64,000 nucleotides of DNA, taken from Callorhinchus milii. Taxonomy: Eukaryota. Made by a program: the position numbers and the translations under genes. This document shows, in pieces, positions 25,756-37,400 of the stretch; position 1 is the stretch's first letter; the number at the start of each line of letters is the position of its first letter. Location: NCBI RefSeq assembly GCF_018977255.1, contig NW_024704742.1, positions 28,274,001 to 28,338,000 on the forward strand, read 5' to 3'. The notes below the pieces were generated by a model, which did no database searches, was not told the DNA's origin, and worked only from the letters and a program-made list of their open reading frames with translations.

Positions 25756-26945
25756 ACAATCCAATACAAAATTAAATATGTAAAGCCCTTTTTTGACATT
25801 GGGACGATGTGCAAAGGTGCTGAACAGTCCGGGATTAGGACCTGGGGGTGGGGGGCATCTTGAGGGAGTGAGGCGAAGGAAATGTGAGATGGAGTTCCAA
25901 AGGGTGGGGGCTGAGAGGCTGAAGGCTTGACTGACGATGGTGAGGCGGGGGACATGGAGAGGGAGTGGAGGGAGCAGACAGGTTTATAAGGGGTTAGCAA
26001 GTCGGAAAGGTAGGAAGGGGCAAGTCCATGGAAGACCTTGAAGGTGAGGACGAGAATTTTGAATTCGATCCTCTGAGGGATGGGAAGCCAGTCTGGCGAG
26101 GGTGGGGTTGATGGGGTCACTGATCCTGGTGCGGGAGAGGACATGAGCTGCAGAGTTCTGGATGATCTGTAGTTTGTGGAGGGAAGAGTTGAAGGCCAAC
26201 AATCGGGGCATTGGCGTAGTCGAGCCTGGATGTAATGAAGACTTTTGTAATGAGGTTTTTGGCAGCCTGAGGGGTGAGGCAGTGGCGGAGTCGGGCAATG
26301 TTGCAGGGTTGGGGAAGGCAGAATGGGTCATGGCATGGATGTGGGGGAGAAAGGACAGTTGAGGGTTGAACAAGATGCCTAGATTCCTGACTGGCTTGGT
26401 GAGTGGAATGTGCATTTGTGGATACTGATGCTGCCAGTGCCTGAGGTGCAGAGGCGCTGGTGTGAGCCAATCAGGAGAGCCTAATTCTTGCTGATGTTCA
26501 ACTGTAGAAAGTTAGCTCTCATCCAGGACTTGGTGTCTAACAGGCCATCAGTGGTCCTGGAGTTGAGGGTGGAGGCAGAGGGATAGAGTTGGATGTCATC
26601 CGCATACATGTGGAAGTTGACCCTTTGTCTGCAGATGATGTTACTAAGTGGGAGTATGAACAGGTTGAAGAGGAGAAGACCAAGGACAGAGCCCTGAAGA
26701 ATTCCACACAAGATGGTGCAGGGGCTGGAGAAGAAGCTGTTTTTGGAACCAAAGTGGAGCTGGTGTGAGAAATAGGATCTGAACCATTCAAGGACAGAAC
26801 CTTGAAGGTTGAGGTGAGAGGTGGTGGAGGAGGATAGAGTGGCCCACAGTGTCAAATGCAGCAGAGAGTTTGAGGAGAATGAGGAGTTGTCATTGGTCAC
26901 CTTGACCATGGCTGTTTCCGTGCTGTGGGCATGGAAGCAGATTCC
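25756..26945 (-). mobile_element. L2 LINE RT through 3' end
   Basis: [56 protein letters not shown]. Confidence 0.95.
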
Positions 26946-27277
26946 TGTGAGTATTCCTTGCAGCAATCCTTAATTTATTTAAGGGGGCTTTAAGGAATGC
27001 GATCAGCTGAGGGCTCTCTCTAGGTAAGTGGATTGTTTCTCTCCGGGCAGATTTGATCTATTTTCTTGGATCCTGAGGTGAGAAATTTTACTCTAGTTTT
27101 GATTGTTGGCTTAATATTGCTCTCCCAGAGTTGATCTGTGTAGGGACATTGTCATCGAACAGGGGGTGTTTGTATTGGAGGTTTCCAGCCTAGTCTGCCC
27201 AATCACAAAAAGTTAAATGTTTTCGGAGCGATGGTGTGCTTCTATTTTGGATGTTAAATTTCAGCTGATAAACTGTA

Positions 27278-27560
27278 CTCTGCTGCCTGCTTCCGCATCC
27301 ACACCAAACTCCACATGCCCATCACCCCAGGCTCCACTGGTTTCCTGTCGCTAAACAGATTGAGTTCAGGGTCCTCACCTTCACCTATCATTCCCTGCTG
27401 TGTGTCCTCAACCCCTCCATGACATAATTTTTAACTGCTATGCCACTAACCTTTGGAACTCCCTCCTTCTATCACTCTCTCTCTCCCCCTCTCTAACTAC
27501 CTCACTGCTCCAAGATGCTATTCTGTGACGAGGACATAAATAAATTGTTGTTATTGTTGT
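27278..27560 (+). mobile_element. Degenerate L2 3' end
   Basis: CCCATCACCCCAGGCTCCACTGGTTTCCTGTC...CTTTGGAACTCCCTCC...(TTG)n. Confidence 0.75.
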
Positions 27561-27576
27561 CTCTAACTGACTGACA

Positions 27577-27878
27577 ACTAAAAGTAAGCACAATGAGGAA
27601 TATGAATCCAAGAGGAAGGTAATTGAGCAGAGTTGTCTGTCTCCTCTGGTCTGTGGGTGTGCTGTAGGTTAATCCTCGAGGTCTACCATATCATTGTAGC
27701 CTGTTCATTTCTCCACAACATTGCTGCTTATCACAGGATCATGGTTGAACATGCAGAGGAAATACTAATCCGCTTTGCAAATCAGGCTGCTGAACTGCAT
27801 ATGTCTTTTGTGGTTCTATAAGCCATTGCTCGAGCCACAGAAATGAGAGCTGATCTTATTAAGCAGGATTTCACTTGT
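27577..27878 (+). mobile_element. Fossil PIF/Harbinger transposase C-terminal fragment (HARBI1-family DDE domain)
   Basis: Across frameshifts: KHNEEYESKRKVIEQ / CL / GVL*VNP / EVYHIIVACSFLHNIA / ATEMRADLIKQDF, collinear with Harbinger YNxAHxxTRxVIE...RCL..S.G.LQY.PE...IIxACCVLHNI...RxxLIxxHF. Confidence 0.75.
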
Positions 27879-28019
27879 CTCTGGATAATGCTAATACCCT
27901 GTTCGAACAACAGCTTCTTCTGCAATGCCCTTCTATAGTACCTTCTTTAAGATCTGCTTTAAGAGCTGAGCATGTACCTTTAAATGTATGTATTTAAATG
28001 CACTGACCATGACAGATAA

Positions 28020-28130
28020 TTATAATAATAATCCTTGCATTTCATACAGCGTCTTATTAACATTGTTGAGCTATCTCAAAGCGCTTCACAGGATTTAAAG
28101 TGGAGTGACTGTGTATTTTGTGGCTGATTA
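28020..28130 (-). mobile_element. SINE tail fragment
   Basis: (AAT)n CCTTGCATTT...CTCAAAGCGCTTCACAGGATTT. Confidence 0.75.
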
Positions 28131-28259
28131 TTACGTAAGTCTGTTTCAGTGCTGTAGATTCTGTTGGCTCAACTAATCTGTCCTGGTGTTTAAACTCCAC
28201 ATGACCCTCCATTCTTCCTTTTTCCTTCTCTCCACCATCCACCGGATATGTGAAACCTG

Positions 28260-28486
28260 AGGTCCAAAAATTTCTCGTGGCCTTCCCCTGAAGATCGTTG
28301 CCTTAAAAGATAAGATAGCGCAGACTGAATCTTAATTGTGCAACTCAATTTCTTCAGAACATTAAAAAAAAACTTAATTGTAAATTAACACTGAATTTAA
28401 GAATTTTCTACAATTCCGATGTTAAATTTGATGTTAAATGTTAAGGTAATGGTCGTCAGGCTACAACTATGAGTAATGTCAGGTCT
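28260..28486. mobile_element. Palindromic MITE-like element, copy 2
   Basis: Ends AGGTCCAAAAATT / AATGTCAGGTCT; subterminal CCTGAAGATCGTTGCCTTAA versus reverse complement CCTGACGACCATTACCTTAA. Confidence 0.55.
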
Positions 28487-29518
28487 GGTGCTGTGGATCC
28501 TCAGCTTTCTGAATTTTATTTCAATCCAGCCTCCGTCAGCCCCGGTTTGCACTTTCTACGGATCAAAGAGCAGGCAAGACGCATTCTGAAAGGAAGCCCA
28601 CCCGCTGCTGTGAAGCCCCTGCAGTGTCCTCAGGAAAGTCTCGGCAGGAATCATTTGCAGAAATGATTGTCCTGGCAGCCAGGATCTGAGTCAGAACTGC
28701 AACGTGTGCCGTGGCATTCTGGATCAGTCCAGCTGTGGACCGATCAATTCTGTGAAGGCAAACCGTACTGAGCCCTGCAGCACCCTGTTGCTGGTTCGGA
28801 TGACTTCATCCTGAGATAACATTCTAAGAAAAAATAATTACTGGAGCAGAACGGTTGCTCCTATCTGGTATGACTGAGAGTGAGTCACTCCCTGGCAACA
28901 GTGAAATCTTGTATATATCGTGAGCTAAGTAGCCTCTTTTTTTCTAAACCAGATAGTTTCCCACCAATCCCGCAATTCTGCATAGATTCTGTCAAATCCA
29001 ACGAGTAAGTGAAGAAAGTATTATCCAGTTGGGTTCAAAGACCCAAGAGATGATCATCTCATTAAAGAAGCCTAATGCATCCTCTCTCATGTGGTTGGAG
29101 ATAAAGATTTTATAGTGAACATCACAGACAACCAAATCTCAGAAGTTGTCATGCTCCTTCCTCTAATTGGATATTCTAACACAGTTTATTTGTGACTTTT
29201 TTTGCTTTGTTAATCCCAAACTAAGTGGAAGTGACAGAGTTCTCTTAGCTTATCTTGACTTGAAAACTGTACCAAATAACAGAAGCTGATGGAATAATAC
29301 CAGTGAGAACTACAGTATTTTCTCTTTTTATTGGAGAAGAGAGCACAATCAGGAAGGTACTTAATTGACTATAGTATAGAAAATAAGATAACAGTAGGAA
29401 AATTTATCCAAAAACTTTTTGGGCAGCAAGTTATCACCACTTCTGTATACATACATAATTTGGTCTGAATAACCATCCTTTCTCCAAATAGTAGACCTTG
29501 CTCTAATATTTTGCAAGA

Positions 29519-29683
29519 TAATGATCATAATTGTTTATGAAACACCTTTCAAGTCATGGATGTCACACAAATGTTTCAAAGGATTTTACTGTAAAGTGAA
29601 GTGACTTCATATTTTGAAGGCAAATGTGGCAGCCAATTTCTGCGCAGGAATGTCCCACAAATGGCCATGAAGTGAATGATCAA
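29519..29683 (-). mobile_element. SINE 3' half
   Basis: GGCAGCCAATTTCTGCGCAGGAATGTCCCACAAATGGCCATGAAGTGAATGA. Confidence 0.8.
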
Positions 29684-29842
29684 GAAAGGAACAACTGTTC
29701 AGCTCCTGTCATTACTTATCTTAGAATTTCATTTTAGAATGGGAGATCAGGACAAGAGGAGAAACTCCCATTCTGTAGTGAGTTGTTCATTGGAATGCTG
29801 TCTAATTGGGATTTCCTGATTTTGTAAGATACCTGAATAGTT

Positions 29843-31085
29843 TCACCGCTTGTCCTCCCACCTCAACCTTCAAGGCCCTGTCCTTGAGTGGTTTAGGTCA
29901 TACCTCTCCCACCGTCTTCATTTTGTTTCCACAAACGGCTTTTCCTCCACCCCCCGCACTGTCTCATGCGGTGTCCCTCAGGGCTCTGTCCTCGGTCTCC
30001 TCCTCTTCACCCTCTATATGCTCCCCCTTGGTGACATCATCCGCAGACATGGGGTTAACTTCCACATGTATGCGGATGACACCCAACTCTACCTTTCCTC
30101 CTCTACTCTCAACTCCATGACCACCGATGTCCTGACAGCTGCCTGTCCGACATCGAGTCCTGTACGAGAGACAACTTTCTTCAGCTCAATGTGCGTAAAA
30201 CTGAGGCCCTCCTGATTGGCTCGCGTCCACGCCTCCGCACCTCAGGCACTGACAGCATCAGCATCCAAGGCTGCACTCTCCACCTCTCAAAGCCAGTCAG
30301 GAACCTCGGGGTTCTGTTCGACCCTGAGCTGTCCTTTCTCCCTCATATCCGCGCCACAACTGGCACTGCCTTCCATCACCTCCGAAACATCGCCAGACTA
30401 CGGCACTACCTCACCCCTCACGCTGCTCAAACTCTGGTCCACGCTTTATCACCTCAAGGCTGGACTATGGGAACTCCTCGCCGGCCTTCCCGGCACCTTC
30501 CTCCACAAGCTGTAGGTCATTCAGAACTCTGCAGCTCGTGTACTGTCCCGCACCAGACTTCGTGACCACATCACTCCCACCCTCGCTCGCCTCCACTGGC
30601 TCCCCATACCCCAGAGGATCGAATTCAAGATTCTCATCCTCACCTACAAGGCCATTCACGGCCTTGCTCCCTCCTACCTCTCCGACCTACTATCCCCCTA
30701 CCTACCTGCCCGTACCCTCCGTTCCTCTGGCTCCGGTCTGCTCCACATCCCCCGCCCCAACTGCCCTACCCTCTCAGCCCCGAGGCTCTGGAACTCTATC
30801 CCCCAGTGCCTTCACCTTGATTCCTCCCTTTCCTCTTTCAAGGCCGGTCTCATGACCTTTCTCTTTGACCGTGCCTTCAGCTCCCCTCTCAACTCTCTAC
30901 CCCCTCCTCGCTCCCTTCCTTCCCTCCCCTCACCCTGACCATTTCCCCCTCCTCGCTCCCTCCCTTCCCTCCCCTCACCCTGACCATTTCCCCCCTTCTG
31001 GGGTCCTGACCCAACTGTCCAGCACTTTGGGACGTCCTCCCGACGTGAAAGGCGCTCTATAAATGGAATGTTGTTGTTGTAGTTA
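29843..31085 (+). mobile_element. L2 LINE RT through 3' tail (relatively young)
   Basis: [45 protein letters not shown]; tail GGGACGTCCTCCCGACGTGAAAGGCGC...(TTG)n. Confidence 0.96.
30901..30990 (+). repeat. 45-bp tandem duplication in the L2 3' UTR
   Basis: 30901-30945 and 30946-30990 differ at one base. Confidence 0.92.
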
Positions 31086-31191
31086 TTCCCTTCCCTCTTC
31101 ACCCACTTTGGCTCCCACCCCCAGCTTGCGTCCCATCTTTCCAGCACTATGAAGTTAATTGAGACGTGTTCTCAACATGAAATGCACCATA

Positions 31192-31515
31192 TGTGGAGTC
31201 CTGTAGCTCAGTGGTTAGAGCACTCGCTTTGCAAGTGAGAGACCTGAGTTCAATTCCAGGCAGGGTGAAACCTTGGGCAAGTTTCCTTACTCCACACGCC
31301 TAATAATAATCCCTCCAAAAAACCCAAAACAATAATTAAAATTGGTCATTTTCAATCTACGATTGTTTGTGGGACATTGCTGTGCGCAATTGGCTGCCAC
31401 GTTCGCCCACAAATATACAGTCAATTCACTTTACAGTGTGTTCTGTGAAGCGCTTTGGGACGTCCTCCTGACGTGAAAAGCGCTATATCAAATGCAAGGA
31501 TTATTATTATTATTA
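31192..31515 (+). mobile_element. CORE-type tRNA SINE, short (young) form, full length
   Basis: TGTGGAGTCCTGTAGCTCAGTGGTTAGAGC (A box)...AGTTCAATTCC (B box)...CCTTGGGCAAGTTTCC...L2-type stem-loop, (ATT)n. Confidence 0.96.
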
Positions 31516-31654
31516 TATTATAAATACGAATTGTATTATATTATATCTGCAAAGATAAAAATATCTTAACTTTATATCTCTTTGTCAAGTGTCATGTCAC
31601 CAATTCTAGAACCAAACATGACACCATCATACAGATAGGGAGCCCAGTCTGAAT

Positions 31655-32065
31655 TATAATGATGATGATGTTGATTATAATAATTGGGAATACTCTCATA
31701 GCTCTTCACAGAATATACAGTAAAGTAATGTGACTCTTTGTACTTTGTGGGTGAATGTGGCAGCCAATTTGCCTCTAGCCAACAGTCATGGAGTGAATGA
31801 CCAATTTTATCTAGGGGATTGTTAGACAAGACCCAGGAGAAACTCTGTTTCATTTTCAAGTAGTGTAACGGGATTGCTAATGTCCACCAGAATAGGTAGA
31901 CGGGATCTTGGTTTAATCTGGTATCCAAATCTTACAATGCATTGCACCCCCAGCACTGTACTGGGGCATCAGCCTAGACAAAATGAGCTCAAATCCTGAC
32001 ATGGGTTTTGAACCCACAACTTTCTAACTCAGATGAGAGTGCTACCAACTGAGCCAGGCTGACAC
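31655..32065 (-). mobile_element. Deu-domain SINE
   Basis: Head ends GCTACCAACTGAGCCAGGCTGACAC; Deu body present. Confidence 0.85.
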
Positions 32066-32218
32066 ACAAGTAGATTTAATTGTATTGTGTATTGAAGGTT
32101 TTCAAGACTTTGCAAACTTTGGATTCAGGCACGTTTCCTAGCATGCATACAATTCAAGACCAAGGCATAATATCTTCAAAATAAGGACTGCAAAACAGAA
32201 AAGTAAATACAGGAGATA

Positions 32219-32596
32219 TATAATAATAATCCTTCCATTTGATATAGTGCCTTATCAGGTCTTCGAGACGTCTCAATGTGCTTCACAGAATATACTGTAA
32301 AGTGAATTGGTTGTATATTTTGGGTGTGAAACATGGAGCCATTGCACACAGCAGTGTCCCACAAACGGTCATGGATTGAGTGACCTCATTTTATTTTTAT
32401 TTTTTTTTTAAGGGGCTTATTACTCCTGGAAAAGCAACCCGCAAATCTACTAACAACCAGATTCCTACTTACTGCTAGGTAAACAGAGACGTGTGGTGTA
32501 AGGAAACTTGCCTAACCCACACCTGCCCAGGAATCAAACCCAGTTCCTCTCATTTGCGAGGCGAGTGCTCTAACCACTAAGCTACAGGACTGCACA
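32219..32596 (-). mobile_element. CORE-type SINE, long form
   Basis: Contains CCTACTTACTGCTAGGTAAACAGAG; head ends GCTACAGGACTGCACA. Confidence 0.9.
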
Positions 32597-33554
32597 TTTA
32601 GTAAAAGGATGATCATTTCTCATTTAGGGATACATCATGTGACTGGGCAACACTCGGAACACAAGATGGTTGGGATTCTATCAAAAGAGGGGAAAAAATG
32701 TAAAACCATAAACCTTTTCTTGCTGTTCATTGCACCTGATATTAGATACTGGTAATGGGCCTTCTGCATTTCCTTCAGTTATTCATTAAACTGTGGAGAC
32801 ATATAGGATAATGGGATAGTTATTACAGAATGTGGACATTCAGAACACACAAGGAGCCAAACCAGCTATGAAACCATATAGCACTAGCTCTGCATGAAGC
32901 AATAAATTGAAGGGTACATTTTAACTTATCTTGTAGTCCCGTCATTCCTTAGTCTTGCCTAAAAATAAAAACATAGTCTTGCACAAAAGGAAATCAAAGA
33001 TTTGCGGCACACAGCAAAAACCTAACCAGGGGACTTCAGACAGCAATTACAGTGACTGCAAATATGTCCATAATATAAATAAAACATGAAAAAGTTACAT
33101 CAAAGAATTCAACATTAAGAGACACAACCATTACTGGAACAATAAAAGAAAATGGCAGATTACTCTTCCACTGAACATTACATCTCAACCCACAATCAAA
33201 GGGAATTCTTGGAAGTTTCCAACAAAAGCAAACACTGATGTTGTGTTCCTATAGGAACATCTGAGAAACACTGTCAGCTGTGACAAGCATTACTTAGCTT
33301 GTAATACTATTACTTGGATGTTTTGAATCGTGTCTCACTAGGTTCAGTGTCACAAGATAATAACTGTATTTTAGAAAAGGCAAAAAATAGATTGTTCATT
33401 GTTCTTGCTTTCTTTTATCGGTAGTATGCGTTGGTAAGAAATGACTGGTTTGAGCAGCTACTGTTCAGATCCATTCTATGCTAATTTTATAAGACTGCTG
33501 CAACTCCTGTATAAGAATCATAGACTGTTATTAGTACAGAAGGAAGTCCATTCT

Positions 33555-33655
33555 CACAAAACAGTCACTGCACTTCACAGTAAATGCAATGAAGCACTTT
33601 GAGACCTCCTCCTGATATGAAAGCTGCAATACAAAATGTAAGAATTATTATTATA
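33555..33655 (+). mobile_element. SINE tail fragment
   Basis: CAGTCACTGCACTTCACAG...GAGACCTCCTCCTGATATGAAAG. Confidence 0.75.
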
Positions 33656-34034
33656 ACACTGGGCCTTTTGAGTTGCTGTTGGTCCTGGTGGTAGCTCCCA
33701 TTGTTGCTATCTACTCCAATCCAGCTCCTCTGCTCCTTTCCCAACAGCCTTTACTGATATTTTCCTCAGGTATTTATGCAATATTTATTAGGACTGTGAA
33801 ACTTTAATATATTACTTGGAAGTACTAGTGCGCTGTGACATTGCCCTTCAATAGAGGGCTGACATTCCTGCATTAGGTAATTTTAGTGAAAATGTAGATG
33901 CTGGTAGTCATTTCACTCTCTGATGTTTTTTTGTTACACTTCTAGCGGCTTTCAGAAATTGAAATGAACCGTTTTGCAAATATTGAGATGCCAAAAGTCC
34001 TCCATTAATTTTTGCAGATTGAACTCCATTTTCA

Positions 34035-34290
34035 CATTGCCTATTCAGAGAGATGTCGAAGATCCTACCACACTCCTTGAAAAGAGCAGGTGTTTCTCTT
34101 GGTTTCCTGGCCAACAATGCCCAAATAAAAGATTGACCATTTAATTCACGGATGTTTGTGGGACATTGTTATGCGCAAATGAGCTGTTGCATTCACCTAC
34201 AAAATGCACTGTCACTATACTTTTCAGTAAATCTAATGAAGTGTTTCATGATGTCCTCCTGATGTGAAAGGTGTTACATATATCAAATGA
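34035..34290 (+). mobile_element. Deu-domain SINE 3' two-thirds
   Basis: AAAGAGCAGG...TCCTGGCCAACAAT...TGTGGGACATTGTTATGCGCAAAT. Confidence 0.8.
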
Positions 34291-34358
34291 CAAGCTCTGT
34301 GGTTTCAGTTGGTTGAACTCCAGCAGTACCCCAATGAATATTCTGCGTTTCCCAAGCC

Positions 34359-34527
34359 TTCAAGGCTGAGACTGATAGATATTTTAAAAACAGAGGGATT
34401 AGTGGATATGGGGATAGGGCAGGTAATTAGAGTTAGGTCTGAAGATCAGCCATGATCTTATCGAATGGCGGGGCAGGCTTGAGGGGCCGAATGGCTTACT
34501 CCTGCTCCTAATTCTTATGTTCTTATG
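34359..34527 (+). mobile_element. Young CR1 LINE 3' end (chondrichthyan type)
   Basis: GATCAGCCATGATCTTATCGAATGGCGGGGCAGGCTTGAGGGGCCGAATGGCTTACTCCTGCTCCTAA(TTCTTATG)2; CpGs retained. Confidence 0.92.
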
Positions 34528-35449
34528 TTTTTGCTAACCTGCACCTAGTGCTCTCTGAAATTAGGCAAGGAGAATGCGTCACTCTGGAGGAGAGAGAGCA
34601 CACTCCATTCCAACACCGTAACTTTCCTGTGGGGGTAGAATGCATAGAACCTCTGTCTAGGTTTGATACTCTTAACGCAGGGATTGGTTTCCATATGTGT
34701 CAGAATACCAAGCAGACAACAAAAATCAAATGTAAAATCCAATATTATTATTATTTCTCATCTTCTTTGTATACTGGGAGACTGCGTGCCATCACCATTA
34801 ATGCCCAGATCGCTTCCTGGTGAGGCTTTGTGCTGTTGTCGTGGTGACAATTTTGCTCATAATTTTGCACTCAACGGCTATAACTTTGCACTTGCTGGAC
34901 TTTTTGAATTATACAAGGGTCAAGTGGCTTGTTAACTGCCAGGAGAATGTTGGGAACGCATTCATTTTTATTATCATGTCACCAAATTGTCATATAATGT
35001 ACTTACCGCCATTTTAAAGCAATAGAGGGTGGAACTCCTCAATCGTTGAAATGAAACAACAAATCACTTATCAAAGTATATATTTATTGCAATGAGCATT
35101 GCTTTTAGCACTGATATTTCGGTATTACTTCATGCACCATATCCCCAAAGAGTTTCAATGCAACAAATCTTGATCCGCTGAAATGCATGTTGTGAGTTTT
35201 GAATTTGGAGCAATAAAGCTTAAAGCATGTGGGGTGACCATAATAACAAAATACAAGCACTTCCGAACAAACTGCCAGTGAATACATTATGTGAACAGCC
35301 TTGCACATTAAACAGTGAGATGGCACTTTAGATAAGACTGCTACTTATGAGTTGTAAAGTAGAATATCTCTCTTAGATGCATAACACATTAAGGTGAAAT
35401 TAGGCCCATGATATCAGCCGCATTAATGTAGCAGACATTTAACATGTGG

Positions 35450-36870
35450 TATACAATACGAAACAAAATAACATTTGTAAAGCGCCTTTCACATCGGGAG
35501 GACATCCCAATGCGCTGAATAGTCAGGGGTTAGGAGCCGGGGGGGGGGGGGGTGGAAGCAGGGAAGGTGTTGGGATCAGGGATGGTAGAGGGCGGGGGTG
35601 GAGGGTGCCAACACCCTGCTTGTTGGCCTTCCCTCCACAATCTGTCTATCATCCAAAACTCTGCAGCTCATGTCCTTCCTGCACCAGGCTCCATGACCCC
35701 ATCACACCCACCCTCGGCCTACTCCACTGGCTCCCCATCCCTCAGAGAATCAAATTCAAAATTCTCGTGCTCACCTTCAAGGCAGGTTGGGAGATGTGTT
35801 CGAAGGTGTGGAGGGAGGGATGGGTAGGGGCCAGAGTGTGAGGGAGAGATGGGGAGAGGGTGGCAGTTGGGAGGACGGAGTCAGTTGAACGGATCCCCTC
35901 GATATTGATCTTGAGCAAATCCAGCATCTCCTCGCAGTTGGAGTTAGTGGAGATAATGGACGAGGCATGAGAGGGGAGACAGAGGAACCAGTTGGTAGTG
36001 GAGAAGAGAAGGCTGGGGTTGTCCTTGGCTTCCAAGATTATCTTGGAATAAAAAGGTGATTTCGCATAGGCAAGGGCGGACTGGTAATGTTTTATGTGGT
36101 CCACTCAAATCTGCCGGTGGACTGTTAAATCAGATTTGAGCGGGGTGTGTTCGGCGGCACATCTGATTCTTGAGTGAGCTGAGCTGGCTGGTGTTCCAGG
36201 GTGATGTTCATGAGTGGGAGGTGAGGGGTGAAGGGCATCGAGAATAGTAGAGAGGAAATTGTGGAGGAGAGTGATGGAGCAGGATAAGTCAGTACAGGAG
36301 ATAGGCCAGAGGGGGAGAAGTTCAGACAACTCCAGGGCAGCAGTGAGTAAGTGGGGGGAGATTCTTTTCCGGGGCGGCAGGAGATGAAGGTATGTTGGGT
36401 GGCAATGGGGAAAGGGATTGAGGTGTTAAGGGAGATGAAACGGTGATCTGAGATGGCTTTATCAGTGATTTTGTGGTCTGAGACACTGAGATAATAATAA
36501 TAATCCTTGCATTTGATATAGCGCTTTTCACATCGGGAGGACGTCCCAAAGCGCTTCACAGAACACACTGTAAAGTGAATTGACTGTATATTTGTGAGCG
36601 AACGCGGCAGCCAATTGCGCACAGCAATGTCCCACAAACAGTCGTAGATTGAAAATGACCAATTTATTATTGTTTTGGGTTTTGGAGGGATTATTATTAG
36701 GCTCTGTGTGGAGTAAGGAAACTTGCCCAAGGTTTCGCCCTCTGCCTGGAATTGAACTCAGGTCTCTCGCTTGCAAAGCGAGTGCTCTAACCACTGAGCT
36801 ACAGGACTCCACAAGGAGGAGGCTGGAGAGAGAGGACAGAGCGGGAGAGTTGCAGGGTAGGGAGCATTTT
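35450..36870 (-). mobile_element. Rearranged L2 (tail -, internal piece +, upstream ORF2 piece -)
   Basis: Tail 35450-35605 (-); IIQNSAAHV and LHWLPIPQRIKFKIL at 35610-35783 (+); YQSALAYAKSPFYSKII...LLFST and ISDH at 35784-36490 (-). Confidence 0.85.
36491..36813 (-). mobile_element. CORE-type SINE, short (young) form, full length
   Basis: Near-identical to 31192-31515; inserted in L2. Confidence 0.96.
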
Positions 36871-37336
36871 GGGGGAAAAGCAGTTCAGGTCAGTTATCGC
36901 TTATTTATACATGTTGCTGTGTCAGCATCTACAGCATCACAAGAAAACAAATGAAGATTTAACACTTGAGAACAGTAGACTATGGGATATTCATCACCAA
37001 TATTAAAACAATTAACAAGGTCGCAGTTTTTGAGTGTATGCCACTAATCTTCATGTAATGTACATTACATGTAATGTGTGTAATGAGAAGTGGTCCAAAC
37101 ACAATGGCAGATGTTGTTTGTTTTCTCGTCAAGTTAGTTAAAAAAATAATCTATTTGTTGATGAAAAGGAAAGAACACTGAAGCGCACATCTTAATAGTA
37201 CAGGGTTGCGTTATCAGAGGCACATTTCATCGCAGTTTGTGTCCTTGTGAATTAACAAACTCTGTTATGAATATTTATTCATGTAATTGCTACACTTGAA
37301 GTTGGAGCAGTCATTTTGTGCTGCATTTCTTAGATT

Positions 37337-37400
37337 AAGCGCTCTGAGACGCCATCTGATATGAAGGGCGCTACATAAATGCAATTTGTTGTTGTTGTTG
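37337..37400 (+). mobile_element. L2 tail-only insertion
   Basis: AAGCGCTCTGAGACGCCATCTGATATGAAGGGCGCTACATAAATGCAA(TTG)n. Confidence 0.85.

Noticed and set aside
31192..31262. tRNA gene (Ala-like) at SINE heads
   Set aside because: No acceptor stem, and always followed by SINE body and tail; these are tRNA-derived SINE heads
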